DNA from: Chiloscyllium plagiosum
Taxonomy: Eukaryota
NCBI RefSeq assembly: GCF_004010195.1
Contig: NC_057710.1
Span: 137,918,000-137,981,999 of the forward strand
Reading direction: 5' to 3'
DNA length: 64,000 bases
Part shown: piece after piece, positions 61,725-64,000 of the stretch
Position numbering within the stretch: the first letter of the stretch is position 1
Layout: every line of letters starts with the position of its first letter
The notes under the pieces: model-generated
Databases searched by the model: none
Told to the model about the DNA's origin: nothing
What the model saw: only the letters and a program-made list of their open reading frames with translations
Translations under genes and position numbers: made by a program

Positions 61725-64000
61725 CTATTATGAATTAAAGATAATTCAGTGAAATCCTTTGAAATCAGTCTGATCATTATCAGAACCACCTAACAGTTTC
61801 TCTCTGTTTGCTGGTGGCAAAACACAACTTTGATCTCTGTCATCTTCAAATGGTAGTACCATTGACATGAGTTTATCATTCCACAGGTAATTGTCCTGGC
61901 TATCATTGACTACATTCAAAATTCCAGATTTTTGAGATGATTTTTAAACAATATTCCATGTATTTTGGAAAAAAAAGAACTAGCGGTCATTAAGTTTAAG
62001 GTGAGAGGGGAAAGATTTAAAAGGGGCAACGTTTTCACACAGAGGGTGGTGCGTGTATGGAGTGAACTGCCACAAGGAAGTGTTGGAGGCTAGTGCAATT
62101 ATAACATTTAAGCTGGGTGGCAGCTGTCTGTCACGTCTGCGGGGAACATCAGGAACCATGCTGGGCAACTGAGGATTGACAGTTCTTGTCCAGCTGGCTT
62201 TTAAAGATGGCACCGGTGCAAGAAATGCCAGTGAAATCTGGGATTTCCACTGAGTGACAGTGTTCTGGGAGGACACATGGTAAGGGGGTGCAGAATTTGG
62301 ATGAGAGAAGCACTGTAGGGATGTGGTAAGTAATTAAAGAGGTGAGTTTGGTAAGACAGGATGAAAGGACATGCTAAGCCTGGCAGCAACCAAAACCATT
62401 AAAAAAATTCAGTGCAACTTATACTTGGTCAAATAAGCATAAAATTCAACCCTTGTGTTTAAGAAATCAGCAAATAAGGGCCTGATAGGTGACCATAATC
62501 AGAAGAAATTGTACTCAGCAGAAATTTCCTAGTGGATAGCGTAACAAAGTCTCCAGACTAATAGATGTTAAGGAGCTAGATGATTTGCTCCTTCTTTTAA
62601 CTTGTTATTTAGAAATGATCTCAAGTTTTACTTTCCAGCCTAAACAGTTCAAATCAAAATTCATTTAATTTGCAAACTTTCAAGCTGCCAAGTGAATTAC
62701 CTCTTTCTTTCCAAATCATCTAGGATAAAGCCAAGACGAAGTCATGCAATAACAAGTACAAGCACAGCCTTAGAATTAAAGGGGGTCAATTTAGACCAGA
62801 AATGAGGAGACATTTCTTCAGCCAGAGAGTGGTGGGCCTGTGGAATTCATTGCCACGGAGTGCAGTGGAGGTCGGGACATTAAATATCTTCAAGGCAGAG
62901 GTTGAAAAATTCTTAATCTCACAAGGAATTAAAGGTTACGGGAGAGTGCGGGTAAGTGGCATTGAAATGTCATGATTGAATGGCAGAATGGACTCGATGG
63001 GCCGAATGGCCTTACTTCCCCATGTCCTATGGTCTTATTAATTTGTTAATACAGAATATGAGTATTTACAACCATTTAGGACTCTCCCTTCAGGTGGTAT
63101 ACATGCTTTATTCTTGCAAATTGTCCAGATGAATGAAAGCTTCAGCAAACTAAAATATAAATTTAATTACAGTTCAATAACCATGTACACATTTAATCAG
63201 AGTTATCCAGCCACTTGATAGAAAATCATTAATGGACAGATATTTAATAAAGCAAGCAACAAACATTATACAAGTAATTTAGTATATTATATATTCCAGT
63301 GCTAACAAACATTATTAACTATAGTGCTGACGAAAGTCTGACATTAAAATAAATGAGATTACTTTAAAAGTAATTCTTATACAGCTGATAAATTAGCTGC
63401 TTTCAACAGCCAAGTAATTCAAAACTGCAGGTGTCATTATCAATCTTTTAAAAAGCTAAAACAAACTTCTCTAAAACTAAAAACTAAGGTGGAAGACTCT
63501 GCCCAATGGCCTGTATTCAGTTTTCCCTTTCTTGCACTTTGCTCAACAGATGCTCTTTATGAGATATGGGCATCATCAACTGGTTTACAGGGTATTTTCC
63601 TCAGCACACTACTCCACAATAATCCATGTTATAGGACTCTGGTTACATATGAACAAAAAACAAGAGTAGGCCACTTGGCTCTTCGAGCCTGCTTCACAAT
63701 TCAATAAGATCATGGCTGATCTGATTTTAACCTTAACTTCAAACAAATTTTAGTCATCACATTTCTGGTATTCACTGTGAGTACGTCAATTTCATCTGGC
63801 CCCAAAACGAGCTTAAATGAAATTGCTTCATATTCTCACTTTGATCAACGGCACATGTAGGGACACTATACCACATACAATAAATTTATCACATAGTGAT
63901 AAAAAGCATGCAAATACATTTTCACCAAAAAATTAGCCAAGGTGGATTTTATTTTACATTTCTCCATTACTTTCAATTCACAGATATCATACTTTAATTT

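Noticed and set aside
55000-64000. LYAR exons expected from vertebrate synteny next to TMEM128
   Set aside because: I could not find LYAR-like coding sequence by eye; it probably lies beyond the window. A tBLASTn search would settle this.

Overview
Repeat-rich, AT-rich vertebrate genomic DNA, most likely a shark or other elasmobranch (inferred from HE1/V-SINE-type SINEs with (TCTAA)n tails, abundant CR1 LINEs and Penelope-like elements). Two complete spliced protein-coding genes can be reconstructed by hand on the minus strand with consistent GT-AG phases: the proton channel Otopetrin-1 (OTOP1; 6 coding exons, 27923->1381, 593 aa) and TMEM128 (4 coding exons, 54551->39088, 168 aa, plus a probable non-coding last exon). 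This matches the usual vertebrate OTOP1-TMEM128 synteny. The rest is mostly decayed CR1 LINEs, SINEs and Penelope-like (PLE) fragments. Main observations: (i) three families of PLE-derived repeats carry minimal hammerhead-ribozyme cores (CUGANGA-stem II-GAAA..UH). These include an intact sense-strand copy in a TMEM128 intron, a perfect tandem pair, and several fold-back copies with target-site duplications. (ii) A ~1.3 kb palindromic PLE lies 88 nt from the OTOP1 exon-5 acceptor. (iii) OTOP1 has Trp in place of the normally conserved Arg of the FGxRP loop linked to alkali gating. (iv) There is a candidate in-frame upstream OTOP1 exon with its own TATA box. Repeat boundaries are approximate, everything was read by eye, and no database searches were run.
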